A stretch of 64,000 bases of DNA, taken from Candidatus Haiyanarchaeum thermophilum (GTDB lineage Archaea; Nanobdellota; Nanobdellia; JAPDLS01; Haiyanarchaeaceae). The notes under the pieces were generated by a model. It had not been told where the DNA came from. It did no database searches and saw nothing but the letters and a program-made list of their open reading frames with translations. Of the stretch, positions 38,256 to 48,431 are shown one piece after another. Made by a program: the position numbers and the translations under genes. Location: positions 227,449 to 291,448 of the forward strand of contig JAPDLS010000001.1 of assembly GCA_025920425.1 (NCBI GenBank), read 5' to 3'. Position 1 is the stretch's first letter. Each line of letters begins with the position of its first letter.

Positions 38256-39202
38256 ATTTTAATAGGCACTACTGTAATCATAAAATTTCCATTTTTTATG
38301 AAGGTATAGTTCAACTCTATTCGAAAATCTAAATTGATAAATGGGCGTAGATCTGGTGGAAGATTGAGTGGAAGGTAAAATTCTGGAGAGGTAGCTAACT
38401 CTATTGCGCTTATGTTCCTACTAAATCCCTCTGAAACCTTTATCCAATTTTCGATTTCCGATGGCATATACTCTTGAGAAGGATAGAATACTGTAATCGA
38501 TAAGTCCCCTTCCACAGTTCCCCTAGCCTCTGGGATCACTGAAAGTGAGAATATCAAATAAGATTCCCTACTTTGGTTGGTAGAAAAAACTACATAGTTA
38601 TCTGGAGTCTTTCCTTCGAATTTGATGGGACTTGGGGTAGAGTAGATTATTGAATTCGAAACCCTGCTGCCTCTTATGAGTTCCTCCTCATTGATTGCAG
38701 TTATCCTATAAATGAACTTTGCCACGTAGTTATACTTCACTGTATAATACATCTGATGGTCATAAACCATTTTCCCTATCTCCTCCTTACTTGGAACTTT
38801 CAATATCCAAAAGAAATCTATTATTTCTCCGGGCATGATACCTTCCATACAATGCGTCCTCACTTCTTTACCATCATCACAAGTATATCCGTAAGGACTA
38901 CCTTTTCTCCTCTCAGATGGATTACTATACTCCTTCCCTCCCTCTACTATTCGGAAAGGTTCTACATTTTCTAGGCTTACTATGACACTCGTAGCATTTC
39001 CTCCCAGTGCATTGTTCATTATCGTAATTACTACAAAAGTATTTGTGTCTGGAGCTACCCTACTTATTTTAGAACCAGCGAACAATACTTTGATGTCCTC
39101 ATAACTCTGTGGGATTTCCTCCTTAGCAATACAACCTAAACTAAGGAGTAATATGAGTAAATAGAAAAAAATGCTGAAGTGATTGCGGATTCTTCTCCTC
39201 AT
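38252..39202 (-). CDS. Predicted lipoprotein, Ig-like beta domains
   Basis: LSLGC lipobox, ITIMN..IMPGE..FFWIL, YNY and YTF strands. Confidence 0.75.
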   Translation of the reverse strand: MRRRIRNHFSIFFYLLILLLSLGCIAKEEIPQSYEDIKVLFAGSKISRVAPDTNTFVVITIMNNALGGNATSVIVSLENVEPFRIVEGGKEYSNPSERRKGSPYGYTCDDGKEVRTHCMEGIMPGEIIDFFWILKVPSKEEIGKMVYDHQMYYTVKYNYVAKFIYRITAINEEELIRGSRVSNSIIYSTPSPIKFEGKTPDNYVVFSTNQSRESYLIFSLSVIPEARGTVEGDLSITVFYPSQEYMPSEIENWIKVSEGFSRNISAIELATSPEFYLPLNLPPDLRPFINLDFRIELNYTFIKNGNFMITVVPIKI

Positions 39203-41745
39203 ATTACACTACAGGATACTGTAGTTTCCCCATAGGTTAAATAGGTGTAGGTGGCTACTGCATATATCAGAAAGCTTTTGAAGACTCTGCTTTCGAGCAG
39301 AGTTTTATTCACTTTAATAGGACAAGTGTATAATTTGAACTCTTTGGGACTTTGAGTGAGTATGTGTAGGTTGTAATTATATAAACTGGTCAAGTTGCTC
39401 AAAATTGAATTCAATTCACCACCAAACTGCCTACAATATGTGCCTGGCGAAATTTTTAGGCTAGTAGTCGCACATTGATACTCTCTCTCCCCCTTTCTGA
39501 AAGAGAATCTCACAGTAATTGGACTTCCTGCCTTGAGGAAGGTTTTGGGCGAAGAGAAATTAACACTTTTTATCTCAATCTTTTCTCTACTTAAGTTTGA
39601 TACTTCCAGCCTATCTAAAGTTTTGCTCTCATTGTAGTTTAAGCTCTGAGATAAAACATCAATCCTCACGTATAACAAAGTGGTCGAATTCCCATTTGTC
39701 CAAGGTTTGAAGAACAAATATCCATCCTCGTGGAATGAAATGTCAAGAAATGAAATGTCTCCTCCTCCGCACGAGTTGATATCTTCTCTCACTTCCTTCT
39801 CCTTACAGTTACCGACCACTTCATCTAGTGTTACTGCACTAAAATCTCCCTCTGGTAAACAATTACCCAATTCTCTGGGAAGTAGTAGATAATAACTAGT
39901 GGGAGTTACCTCTCCACTAGCTATATCTGCCCTCCCACTAGAGACGAAGATATACATCGTCCTATTTTCCTCACTTAAATCTATCGGTTGGGGTTCAGTA
40001 TTTATGTTGAGTTTGATTGGGCCAAGGGTAACAATGGCTGGAACTTCAGATTTAGTGAGGAAACCTAAGTCTTGTAAGCTCCAAGAGTAATTTTGTTCTA
40101 TGAAAGTAATCGGCAACCTAGAAAAGGAGTAGAGGTCCATCTTTACTCCAATTCTCAACACACAGCTCAACGAACTTATTTCAGTATTTTTGGGTTTTAT
40201 ATTCGTAACACAACTGTATTGATAACCTTGCTTCGGTCTGAGTACAAGTGTTTTATTACACTCAGGGAAGACTTCAAGTTCCTCTAAACAAGTCCAATGA
40301 GTAAGAGCAAATGCTGTTAACCAATCAGCCATCCACTGGCTATAAGGATTTATTAAAGATGCTTGGATCTGAATTGGGTAGTTGGCTATGTTCTCTATCT
40401 TAGCTATTACAGAAAAGTTCTTTCCACAGTAGGTAGCTCCGTAGCTCTTGAATTCAGAGATCCTAACCCCAGAAGTAGGCATGAGTTCAGGAGTGGAACC
40501 TTTACACTCTATTCCATATACATCACACCATAAGGTTTCATATTGGGCTTGTACCTGCTCCAAATATTTTCTATAATCCAAGGTTTTATAGAGATCTGCT
40601 AAGCTCCAAGAAAGGCTCCAAGTCCAGCCAATTTTCCAACCGATCACTGGAAGGATAGGTTGAATTTGTATGTTGATTATAGGAAGGATGGCTGGAAAAA
40701 TCCAGAAAATTAGAATGAAAGTTGGAACTAGTGAGAGGAAAAAACTTACCCAGCCTTTTGGTATTATTGCCCCAAAAATGGAATAGAAGATGAAAGTGAA
40801 GATCATTCCTCCAAGCACACCGAATAGTGGATAACCAATCCCATAGCCTGTAGCAAATGGTCCTCCCACCTGAGGAGCTGGAGCGCTCATAGCTCCTATC
40901 GCGATACTGCCGGTGAGTATAAGAAAGGTAAAAAGAAGTATTGAGAGATAGAGCAACGCAGGAACCGCCCCTCCAGTTTTTTTAGGTAATCCATATTTCA
41001 GATCAGAAATTCCTAGATACACATACAATATCGAAACTATGAGAATTAAGAGTATAAATGGAATAATTACCATGAGACTAAATCCCCCAGCACTATACAA
41101 AAAGTAACCTCCTATTCCTACTAGTGCAAAGCCTATAATGAGGAAAAAAATTTTGAATCTCTCATATACTGTAGAAATTTCCTCTCTGCTTCTTTCCAAC
41201 CAACCTCTTACTCGCTTAATTCCCCACTTCTTTCGCCTTCCCAATAATTTTTCATATTCTACTCTCCCCGCTAGCGATGGAAAGATCAAGATGTAAATGC
41301 CAAGAATAATAAGGAATATATAGGAAGTATATGCTCTTGCTGCAGCCATCCAGGGATACAAGTAAGTCATTGAGACAAAGGCAACGAAGCTAGCGATGAT
41401 AATCCTAGATAATACATTCCCTATTGACCATTTCCTCTCATATTCTTTCCTCAACTCATGATCTCCACCACTAGCTCTCCTAGCTATATCTTTTCCCCTT
41501 AGGATTGCTAATGGTAAGAAGATGAGGGAGAAGAATACTATGAACGGAATTACTAATTCAAAATAGTTAATAGGTATACCTCCCCAAGCAGCATAAAAGG
41601 AGAGGATAAAAATAATAGGATAATAAATCCAGTCTGGTACTTCTTTTGTTATGTCCTCCCTCCTCTTCTCCTTCATCTCCTTCAGGAGTTCCTTGTAATA
41701 TTCCTCTACTGAGGGAGGATAAGGTGGAGGAGGTGGAGATTGCAT
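39199..41745 (-). CDS. Large polytopic membrane protein with Cys-rich extracellular C-terminal region
   Basis: Roughly 8-10 hydrophobic segments in the first ~380 aa, then beta-rich domains with GPI and YTY motifs shared with the downstream lipoproteins. Confidence 0.75.
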   Translation of the reverse strand: MQSPPPPPYPPSVEEYYKELLKEMKEKRREDITKEVPDWIYYPIIFILSFYAAWGGIPINYFELVIPFIVFFSLIFLPLAILRGKDIARRASGGDHELRKEYERKWSIGNVLSRIIIASFVAFVSMTYLYPWMAAARAYTSYIFLIILGIYILIFPSLAGRVEYEKLLGRRKKWGIKRVRGWLERSREEISTVYERFKIFFLIIGFALVGIGGYFLYSAGGFSLMVIIPFILLILIVSILYVYLGISDLKYGLPKKTGGAVPALLYLSILLFTFLILTGSIAIGAMSAPAPQVGGPFATGYGIGYPLFGVLGGMIFTFIFYSIFGAIIPKGWVSFFLSLVPTFILIFWIFPAILPIINIQIQPILPVIGWKIGWTWSLSWSLADLYKTLDYRKYLEQVQAQYETLWCDVYGIECKGSTPELMPTSGVRISEFKSYGATYCGKNFSVIAKIENIANYPIQIQASLINPYSQWMADWLTAFALTHWTCLEELEVFPECNKTLVLRPKQGYQYSCVTNIKPKNTEISSLSCVLRIGVKMDLYSFSRLPITFIEQNYSWSLQDLGFLTKSEVPAIVTLGPIKLNINTEPQPIDLSEENRTMYIFVSSGRADIASGEVTPTSYYLLLPRELGNCLPEGDFSAVTLDEVVGNCKEKEVREDINSCGGGDISFLDISFHEDGYLFFKPWTNGNSTTLLYVRIDVLSQSLNYNESKTLDRLEVSNLSREKIEIKSVNFSSPKTFLKAGSPITVRFSFRKGEREYQCATTSLKISPGTYCRQFGGELNSILSNLTSLYNYNLHILTQSPKEFKLYTCPIKVNKTLLESRVFKSFLIYAVATYTYLTYGETTVSCSVI

Positions 41746-41747
41746 TT

Positions 41748-42902
41748 TTACTCAATCAAGATCTTCAAATCTGAAATTCTAAATTTGCCTGATGGGGCAT
41801 ACAGCCTCAACGTATTCCTCCCCACTACTAAATCCTCCTTCCCAAATTCTATAGTAATTAAGTCTAGTGTCCTGCCTGAGGCTACGTAAATGTGCTTATT
41901 GGTCTCAAGGAGGTGAATCCAAAGAGTACCTGGAATCTCCACATCAGTTATTCTCATTAATAACTTCACTTTCTTTTGGATGAGCTCAGTCTTATTTAGA
42001 GAAAAAGTAAAGCTCTCTTCCCTCTTCATCTCTCTCCCAAAAAGAGTAACAAGTGTTACTGCTCTAACATGAATTTCGGAATTATCTCCTGCTGAAAGCT
42101 TGAGGATATGCCTTCCTTCTCCCAATCCTATTTCACTCAAATAGATGCTGAAATTATACTGCGTATATGGAGTCACTTTTTCCACACTCATGATCTTCTT
42201 CTCATCTATGAATAAACTAAAAGCTCCTGTTGCCTCTCCAGTATGTACAAATATTTTGAGTATTTCGGCCTCATCTCCTCTGCTTAAATAAAAACTTAAG
42301 CTCTTCTCTGGATTATATGTAAATTCTTGGGTTCTCATGATCTCCACTTCATAACTGCAGCTCTGATAGAGGGCTAAACCCTGAAAGATACAATACACAT
42401 ACAGCTCATTTGTAGCTTGGATTGGCTCAAATTTGTAGTAAAACTCCTCTCCGACCTCCATTGACTTTTCTAAGATGTTCTGGTTGTTTAGTACAAGTTT
42501 GACGGTTGGAGTTGAATCCTTCCCAATTAACTTTATCTTGATATGAATTTCCCTCGTATTTTCATCTATTTGAGTTATGGAGTATTTTTTGTATGGAGAA
42601 CCAAAGATAGCAGAAAGAATATTCGATGAGAGGCTCAATTTTTCCTGAAGCAGGGTCTCATTCCTAGTAGTCCTACTCAAAACAAAGCCCTCTGGAAAGG
42701 TTTTTCTCCACTTTTCTTCCCCATCAGCTCCACCTATTACCAGCTCCTCTGCCAAGCTAATTATTTTCCCCTTAGGGGCTGTGGTTGGTGTGGTAAGGTT
42801 TAGGTACTCCCTCTTCACCGATGGGGAGACTGCAATGAGGAAGAAAAGGATGATCCCTAGCATTACTAAGATAATTATGGGGACTGCAAGCTGAGACCTC
42901 AT
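41748..42902 (-). CDS. Membrane-anchored or secreted beta-rich protein
   Basis: MRSQ plus hydrophobic helix (class III-like signal), repeated beta-sandwich units ending NELYV / GRHILKL / GRNTLRL. Confidence 0.72.
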   Translation of the reverse strand: MRSQLAVPIIILVMLGIILFFLIAVSPSVKREYLNLTTPTTAPKGKIISLAEELVIGGADGEEKWRKTFPEGFVLSRTTRNETLLQEKLSLSSNILSAIFGSPYKKYSITQIDENTREIHIKIKLIGKDSTPTVKLVLNNQNILEKSMEVGEEFYYKFEPIQATNELYVYCIFQGLALYQSCSYEVEIMRTQEFTYNPEKSLSFYLSRGDEAEILKIFVHTGEATGAFSLFIDEKKIMSVEKVTPYTQYNFSIYLSEIGLGEGRHILKLSAGDNSEIHVRAVTLVTLFGREMKREESFTFSLNKTELIQKKVKLLMRITDVEIPGTLWIHLLETNKHIYVASGRTLDLITIEFGKEDLVVGRNTLRLYAPSGKFRISDLKILIE

Positions 42903-42980
42903 TTTCTACTACAAAATTGTAATCCTATTTAAATCTTTTTTATTCAAAAGTTTTTTATCAGCTCCACCTATTTTAATCAT

Positions 42981-45206
42981 GTGAAGATAACTGAACTCAA
43001 GAAACTTTTACCTCCTCCTCTTTTTGAGAAAGTTAGACTTAGAGGATTTGCTGAGCTCACCCCTCCCCAGAGAAAGGCCATAAAGAGCGGAATATTAAAT
43101 GGAGAAAATATAGTTATATCTTCCCCAACAGCCTCAGGTAAGACCTTCGCAGCTGAGCTGGCATGCTTGAAGAACATAATAGAGGAGAAAAGGAAGGCCC
43201 TTTATGTTGTCCCATTGAAAGCCTTAGCTGTAGAAAAGTATGAGGAATTCAGCAAAATTTATGGAGATCTGGTAAGGGTAGCTATCTCGATAGGAGATCT
43301 GGACTCAAGTGATCCATGGCTTGAGAAGTACGATTTGATCATAGTCACATCTGAAAAGCTAGACAGTCTCATTCGGCATGGAGCCATATGGCTGAAAGAG
43401 GTAAAAACCCTTGTTTTGGATGAAATCCATTTGCTTGATGATTATGCCAGAGGGCCAGTGTTGGAGATCCTAGTAGCTAAGCTGAGAAAACTCGTGGATG
43501 ATCTCCAGATCATAGCTCTCTCCGCTACCATCCGAAATGCTAGGGAAATTGCTGAATGGCTCGATGCTAAATTAGTAACAAGTGATTTCAGACCTGTGAA
43601 GTTGTATGAATGCATTTTTCATGACTCGTCTCTATGCTATTGGGATAATGGTAAGCTTTGGAAGGAGGAAAAGATCGAGAAAAAGTATGATAGAGCAGAC
43701 CTCGTTCTCATCGAACATTTTGTGAGGATGGGAAAGCAAGTACTAATCTTCCTCAGCTCAAGGAGATTCGCTGAAGCTCTCGCGAAGAAGGCTTCGAAGC
43801 TTGTAACCAAATACCTAAGTGAAGGGGAAAAGGCCAAACTTGCAGAAATAAGTGATTATGTGCTCAACTACTTAGAAAGACCTACCAAGCAGTGTGAGGC
43901 ATTAAGTGAATGTGTAAAGCATGGATGCGCATTCCATCATGCTGGAGTCGTAAGAGGGCAACTCAAATTGATCGAAGATGCCTTTAGAGATAGGATTCTT
44001 AAAGTAATTTGCTGCACTCCCACCCTCAGCTTGGGAGTAAATATTCCAAGCTTCTGTTCAATAGTAAGGGACCTCAAGCGCTATGATGAGGAGTTCGGGT
44101 ATGATTGGATTAAAACCCTCGAATGGAAACAATACATTGGGAGGAGTGGAAGACCAGGACTAGAAGAATATGGGCTAGGAATAGCAATAGTCCATACCAA
44201 AGGGGAGGTAGATGAAATCTTAGAGCGCTACATTCTTGGTGAACCTGAAGCAATCTACTCTAAGCTCTCATCCCAGCCAGTACTTAGGATGCATGTGTTA
44301 GCTTTGATCGCAGACCTCTTCATAAGAAATACAAATGAGATCGATGAATTCTTCAGACATACTTTCTACGCCCATCAATTTGGGGATCTTGAGGAGATAA
44401 GAAAAAATGTGTTGGAAGTGATAGAACAGCTGAAGAACTGGGGATTCATAGAAGTGAAGAAGAATAAATTACTTGTAACCAGAATAGGGAAGAGAGTGAG
44501 CGAACTTTATATAGACCCCTTATCAGCGCATAAGATGATAATGGGTATGCAGAGCTCGGAAGGAAAAGAGCTCTCAGAGCTCTCCTACCTCCAGTTACTC
44601 TGCACCACGACCGAAGCCAAACCCTTACTTAAGCTGAGGAGTAAAGATGTCCCTGAGCTTAATTCAAAACTAGTTGAATATGAAGACTTAATCATCTCCG
44701 AGATTCCCGAGATCTGGAGTTATGAGTATGAGGATTTTCTGAGGTCATTCAAAACTGCACTCATGTTCTTGGATTGGATCGAGGAAAAAACTGAGGATGA
44801 GATCTTAGAGAAGTATAATGTCGCTCCTGGGGAGCTTAGAAGCAGATTGGTGAACATGGATTGGCTCCTTTACGCAATTCGTGAGCTCATCCTCCTCTTG
44901 GGAATGAAGGAAAGAGTAAAGGAACTTACCAAGCTAAGATTGAGGATGGAGCACGGAGTGAAGGAGGAACTACTAAGTTTAGTGAGATTTAGAGGAATTG
45001 GAAGGGTAAGGGCTAGGATCCTCTGGAACGCTATGATAAGAAGCAGTAGGGATGTAAAAAAATGTAGTTATGAGAAATTGGCCTCATTGATAGGCCCAAA
45101 GATCGCTAAGCAGCTCAAAGAACAAGTGGGTGAAAGGATACATGAGGAAAGAGGGGAGAAACTAATTAAAACTCAATTGGAATTATTTGACTTTGAGGGG
45201 TCGTAG
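42981..45206 (+). CDS. hel308: Ski2-like DNA helicase Hel308/Hjm
   Basis: PTASGKT, DEIH, LSATI, FHHAG, PTLSLGVN, GRSGRPG, LYIDP, GIGRVRAR. Confidence 0.95.
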   Translation: MKITELKKLLPPPLFEKVRLRGFAELTPPQRKAIKSGILNGENIVISSPTASGKTFAAELACLKNIIEEKRKALYVVPLKALAVEKYEEFSKIYGDLVRVAISIGDLDSSDPWLEKYDLIIVTSEKLDSLIRHGAIWLKEVKTLVLDEIHLLDDYARGPVLEILVAKLRKLVDDLQIIALSATIRNAREIAEWLDAKLVTSDFRPVKLYECIFHDSSLCYWDNGKLWKEEKIEKKYDRADLVLIEHFVRMGKQVLIFLSSRRFAEALAKKASKLVTKYLSEGEKAKLAEISDYVLNYLERPTKQCEALSECVKHGCAFHHAGVVRGQLKLIEDAFRDRILKVICCTPTLSLGVNIPSFCSIVRDLKRYDEEFGYDWIKTLEWKQYIGRSGRPGLEEYGLGIAIVHTKGEVDEILERYILGEPEAIYSKLSSQPVLRMHVLALIADLFIRNTNEIDEFFRHTFYAHQFGDLEEIRKNVLEVIEQLKNWGFIEVKKNKLLVTRIGKRVSELYIDPLSAHKMIMGMQSSEGKELSELSYLQLLCTTTEAKPLLKLRSKDVPELNSKLVEYEDLIISEIPEIWSYEYEDFLRSFKTALMFLDWIEEKTEDEILEKYNVAPGELRSRLVNMDWLLYAIRELILLLGMKERVKELTKLRLRMEHGVKEELLSLVRFRGIGRVRARILWNAMIRSSRDVKKCSYEKLASLIGPKIAKQLKEQVGERIHEERGEKLIKTQLELFDFEGS

Positions 45207-46028
45207 TTCAGCTTGGGAGAATGCTGGCTTCGGGAGCCAGTGGTCCTGGGTTCGAATCCCAGCGACCCCACTCCCCACCTTTAGGAATTCATAGATAAAG
45301 ATTCTGAATCTAGGAATGGCCTTCCACTTTCTCTTGAAGCAAATTACCCCAGAATCACAACCCCAACCTATGTCTAACCACTTATACTTGTTTTGTTTAG
45401 CATAAATTATCTCTGCGTACATAAGGAAATCGGCCACATATTTATATGGAAGATAGAAGCCATATGGAACTATCATTACTGTATCTGTAAAATCCACCAA
45501 ATCGAAGCCGATTAACCTATTACCTCTATAAGCGTTGAAGAGGAGTGGAGATGGAAATTTCTTCAAATATTCTGAGATCCTCATAAAGCACCATTTATCC
45601 CAATCCTCGAATTTTATCCTCTCCATACAATTTGCAATTATATAGGAATGGGCGCAGGTGAAATCTTTGCTTATTACTAATTTAAATTTCTCTTTTGCCT
45701 TTTCCACAACATATCTCAACCCCTTATACTCCCTCCCCCTAAATTTTTCATCGAATCCATCAAGGGGAATTTGGTAATCTTCCTCCTCTACACTCCTCTT
45801 TAAGAGATAACCAAAGCACTCGAGCTCTACATTTAGTGGGGATGTGGAGGAGATATAAAGCATTCTTGGGGAGAATGTGAGAATAACCTCTCTTATACAA
45901 TCTTTCCAATCTTCCTTGAGATGAATCAAATCTACCCATATTCTCCCAGTAGCTTGATCGCGATAGATAATATAATTCTCTTTATAGCTTAAGGTTTCAC
46001 CCATGAGGATAGAACCTAATGCAATCAA
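45183..46028 (-). CDS. GNAT-fold protein resembling the DUF2156/MprF aminoacyl-transferase domain (start uncertain)
   Basis: FRGREYKGLRYVVEKA, LIGFD, DFLMY..I.YAK..WLDIG, GVICFKRKW. The last ~29 codons lie antisense to tRNA-Pro and the hel308 end. Confidence 0.6.
   Translation of the reverse strand: MIALGSILMGETLSYKENYIIYRDQATGRIWVDLIHLKEDWKDCIREVILTFSPRMLYISSTSPLNVELECFGYLLKRSVEEEDYQIPLDGFDEKFRGREYKGLRYVVEKAKEKFKLVISKDFTCAHSYIIANCMERIKFEDWDKWCFMRISEYLKKFPSPLLFNAYRGNRLIGFDLVDFTDTVMIVPYGFYLPYKYVADFLMYAEIIYAKQNKYKWLDIGWGCDSGVICFKRKWKAIPRFRIFIYEFLKVGSGVAGIRTQDHWLPKPAFSQAELRPLKVK
45197..45270 (+). tRNA. tRNA-Pro(CGG)
   Basis: GGGGTCG/CGACCCC acceptor, CTGGC TT CGG GA GCCAG, CTGGG TTCGAAT CCCAG; overlaps the last codons of hel308. 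Confidence 0.94.
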
Positions 46029-46158
46029 TTCCTCCTCAAAATTCCCCTCTCTTTGTCGCTCTAAGATTTCTTTCTCACTTAATTTGCGGAAATGTGACGG
46101 ATCTGCCTCTTCGATAAGCAGGTCCCCAAGATGTTCCTCTTTTTTCTTGTTTAAAAGC

Positions 46159-46407
46159 TTATCTCCACAGATTTGTTAAACATAAGTAGTAAATCAACAT
46201 CATTAGTAGGACTAACAGAGTTATGAGGAGAACAGTCCATAGAGCTTCTCTCGAAGTGGCAAATCCTATAGGAATTGGGCCGATGAGGAAAACGACTCCA
46301 ACCTCACTCTTAGATTTTCTAACATTTGCTATTATCCCGACTGCGGTAAGGAATATGCCAAGCAGGATTGCTGTAATGCCTAATTTCATCAAAGTCTCGG
46401 CTTCCAT
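46159..46407 (-). CDS. DUF131 (TIGR00304-like) small membrane protein
   Basis: Two TMs flanking GVVFLIGPIPIGF. Confidence 0.82.
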   Translation of the reverse strand: MEAETLMKLGITAILLGIFLTAVGIIANVRKSKSEVGVVFLIGPIPIGFATSREALWTVLLITLLVLLMMLIYYLCLTNLWR

Positions 46408-46409
46408 TT

Positions 46410-47858
46410 CTAGTAGGACTTAGCCAAATATACTACTGCTTTCGCCTTTTTACCGCACCACACGCATTTACCACTTGGCTCTTCTACTTTGTCAGCCAAT
46501 GTACCTTTCACCTCTAATCCATTTGTCTCTTCTTTAAGCTTCCTCGCACATTCTTCCTCATTGCAAAAGTTAACTCTAATAAATCCTCTCTTCTCGTTCA
46601 TTAGTTTGAGCAGCTCTTCTTTGCTATGGGCTTCTGAAATCATGCTCCTGAAAACTTCTTCCGCCCTCCTTCTTAGGTTCTCTAGCATCTCTTTACTCAA
46701 TGCTAGAATGCTTTCCACTAGCTTATCATCTTCTACTTTGATCTTGGAAAAGTTATCTCTTCTAAAAACTGTCACAAAATTCCCATCGACCTCATTGATA
46801 CCTATTTCTAACCTAAATGGAACTCCTAACATCTCCCAGTGATTGAACTTTTCTCCAGGAGTCTTTTCAGAGTCATCTATCTTCACCCTAAACTCCTTCA
46901 ACTTCCGAGCAATATTTGAACACTTCCTCAGTACTTTCTCTTTCTCATCTTCAGAGTAGAAGATAGGTATAATTACTACTTGAATTGGTGAGAATTCAAA
47001 TGGATAAATTAACCCCTTATCATCTCCGTGGATGCTCACTAGGGCTGCAAAGATCCTCCACACACCTGGTCCATAGCATGTCTGCCATACATACTTCCAC
47101 TCCCCATTCCTATCCACAAATTTTATGTCAAATGCTTTTGAAAATCTCTGCCCAAGATCATGGGTTGATGCTATCTGAAGAGATCTTCCATCAGGCATTA
47201 TAGTATCTGCAGCATAAGTATCCTCAGCTCCCTTGAACTTATCCCAATGAGGTCTCTTAAAGTAGATGAAAGGTATGGCTAGTTTATTAGTAATTACTTC
47301 TCTAGAAATCTCCATGTCCTCCCTAATTTGTTTGAGAGCATCCTCATGCTCTCTGAATGCATCATGGGCCTCTATGAAAATAAACTCCCTTCCCCGAATG
47401 AATGGCCTGGTGACATGCTCATATCTATAAACTGTCACCGACTGGTAGATTTTGAGAGGAAGATCTGTATAACTCTGAATCCAAAGTGAGAACATTGGAT
47501 AAATTGCTGTCTCAGATGTAGGTCTCAAAGCTAGTCTTCGGGAGAGCTTCCTCTCCCCTGCTTCTGTGATGAAAAATACTTGAGGCTTAAATCCTGTATG
47601 CTCCTCCTCCTTGACCAAATTTTCCTCTGGGATTACTAGTGGAAATAAAGCTACCTCGTGTCCTCTCTTCTCAAGCTCCTCCTCGAAGGCCTGAATTATT
47701 TTGCGGATTACGAAGAATGACCATGGTCTGTGCACGATAAAGCCTTGAACAGGATAACGAATGTCGGCAAGTCCACATTTCTCTACCACCTCGCTAAACC
47801 ACTCAGAAAAATTTTCGGACTTTTTATATCTTATCCCAAGTAATTCCTCCCTCTTCAT
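46410..47858 (-). CDS. proS: Prolyl-tRNA synthetase (archaeal type)
   Basis: [34 protein letters not shown]-terminal AKSY. Confidence 0.97.
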   Translation of the reverse strand: MKREELLGIRYKKSENFSEWFSEVVEKCGLADIRYPVQGFIVHRPWSFFVIRKIIQAFEEELEKRGHEVALFPLVIPEENLVKEEEHTGFKPQVFFITEAGERKLSRRLALRPTSETAIYPMFSLWIQSYTDLPLKIYQSVTVYRYEHVTRPFIRGREFIFIEAHDAFREHEDALKQIREDMEISREVITNKLAIPFIYFKRPHWDKFKGAEDTYAADTIMPDGRSLQIASTHDLGQRFSKAFDIKFVDRNGEWKYVWQTCYGPGVWRIFAALVSIHGDDKGLIYPFEFSPIQVVIIPIFYSEDEKEKVLRKCSNIARKLKEFRVKIDDSEKTPGEKFNHWEMLGVPFRLEIGINEVDGNFVTVFRRDNFSKIKVEDDKLVESILALSKEMLENLRRRAEEVFRSMISEAHSKEELLKLMNEKRGFIRVNFCNEEECARKLKEETNGLEVKGTLADKVEEPSGKCVWCGKKAKAVVYLAKSY

Positions 47859-48382
47859 TTCTTCCCCTTATGTAATAGTCCTCTCATCCTCTTACCAGCT
47901 GCGGTTAGGCCTCGAAATACCCTCCTCCTATGCTGTTTTTCCACTATCCACCCTACATCCTTATCCTTAATTATTGTAGGAGAGTTTGGATCTACCATGA
48001 TCACCTCAAACCATTTATATTTTCCATCTTCAGCTAAGTAATAGCTGTTGAGTACCTCCAAATTTGGAAACTTCCTAGCAGCTCTCTCCTCTGCAATGAG
48101 TCTTAGGCTCTTAGCTGGAGAAAATCTCACCAACCCTGCCTTGCTTGGCTTTCTTCCCCCGCGCTTAGATGGTCTCCTCCTCCCCCCCTTCCTTACTCTA
48201 ACTCTCACTATTACAAATCCCTTCTTCGCTTTGTAGCCTAAGGCTCTGGCCCTATCCAGCCTGGTTGGTTTCTTTACCCTAGTAATGGCCCTCTCCCTCC
48301 TCAATTTGATAAGTAATTCCTTCCATCTCCCACTTCCGATCTCCTCTCTAAATGTCTTAGCCAATTGTTGATAGAGCCCCAT
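47855..48382 (-). CDS. rpl15e: 50S ribosomal protein L15e
   Basis: [42 protein letters not shown]. Confidence 0.96.
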   Translation of the reverse strand: MGLYQQLAKTFREEIGSGRWKELLIKLRRERAITRVKKPTRLDRARALGYKAKKGFVIVRVRVRKGGRRRPSKRGGRKPSKAGLVRFSPAKSLRLIAEERAARKFPNLEVLNSYYLAEDGKYKWFEVIMVDPNSPTIIKDKDVGWIVEKQHRRRVFRGLTAAGKRMRGLLHKGKK

Positions 48383-48431
48383 TTTCAGCTAAATTGGGAA
48401 ACCTAACTTAATATTAAATTTTTTCGGAGAA

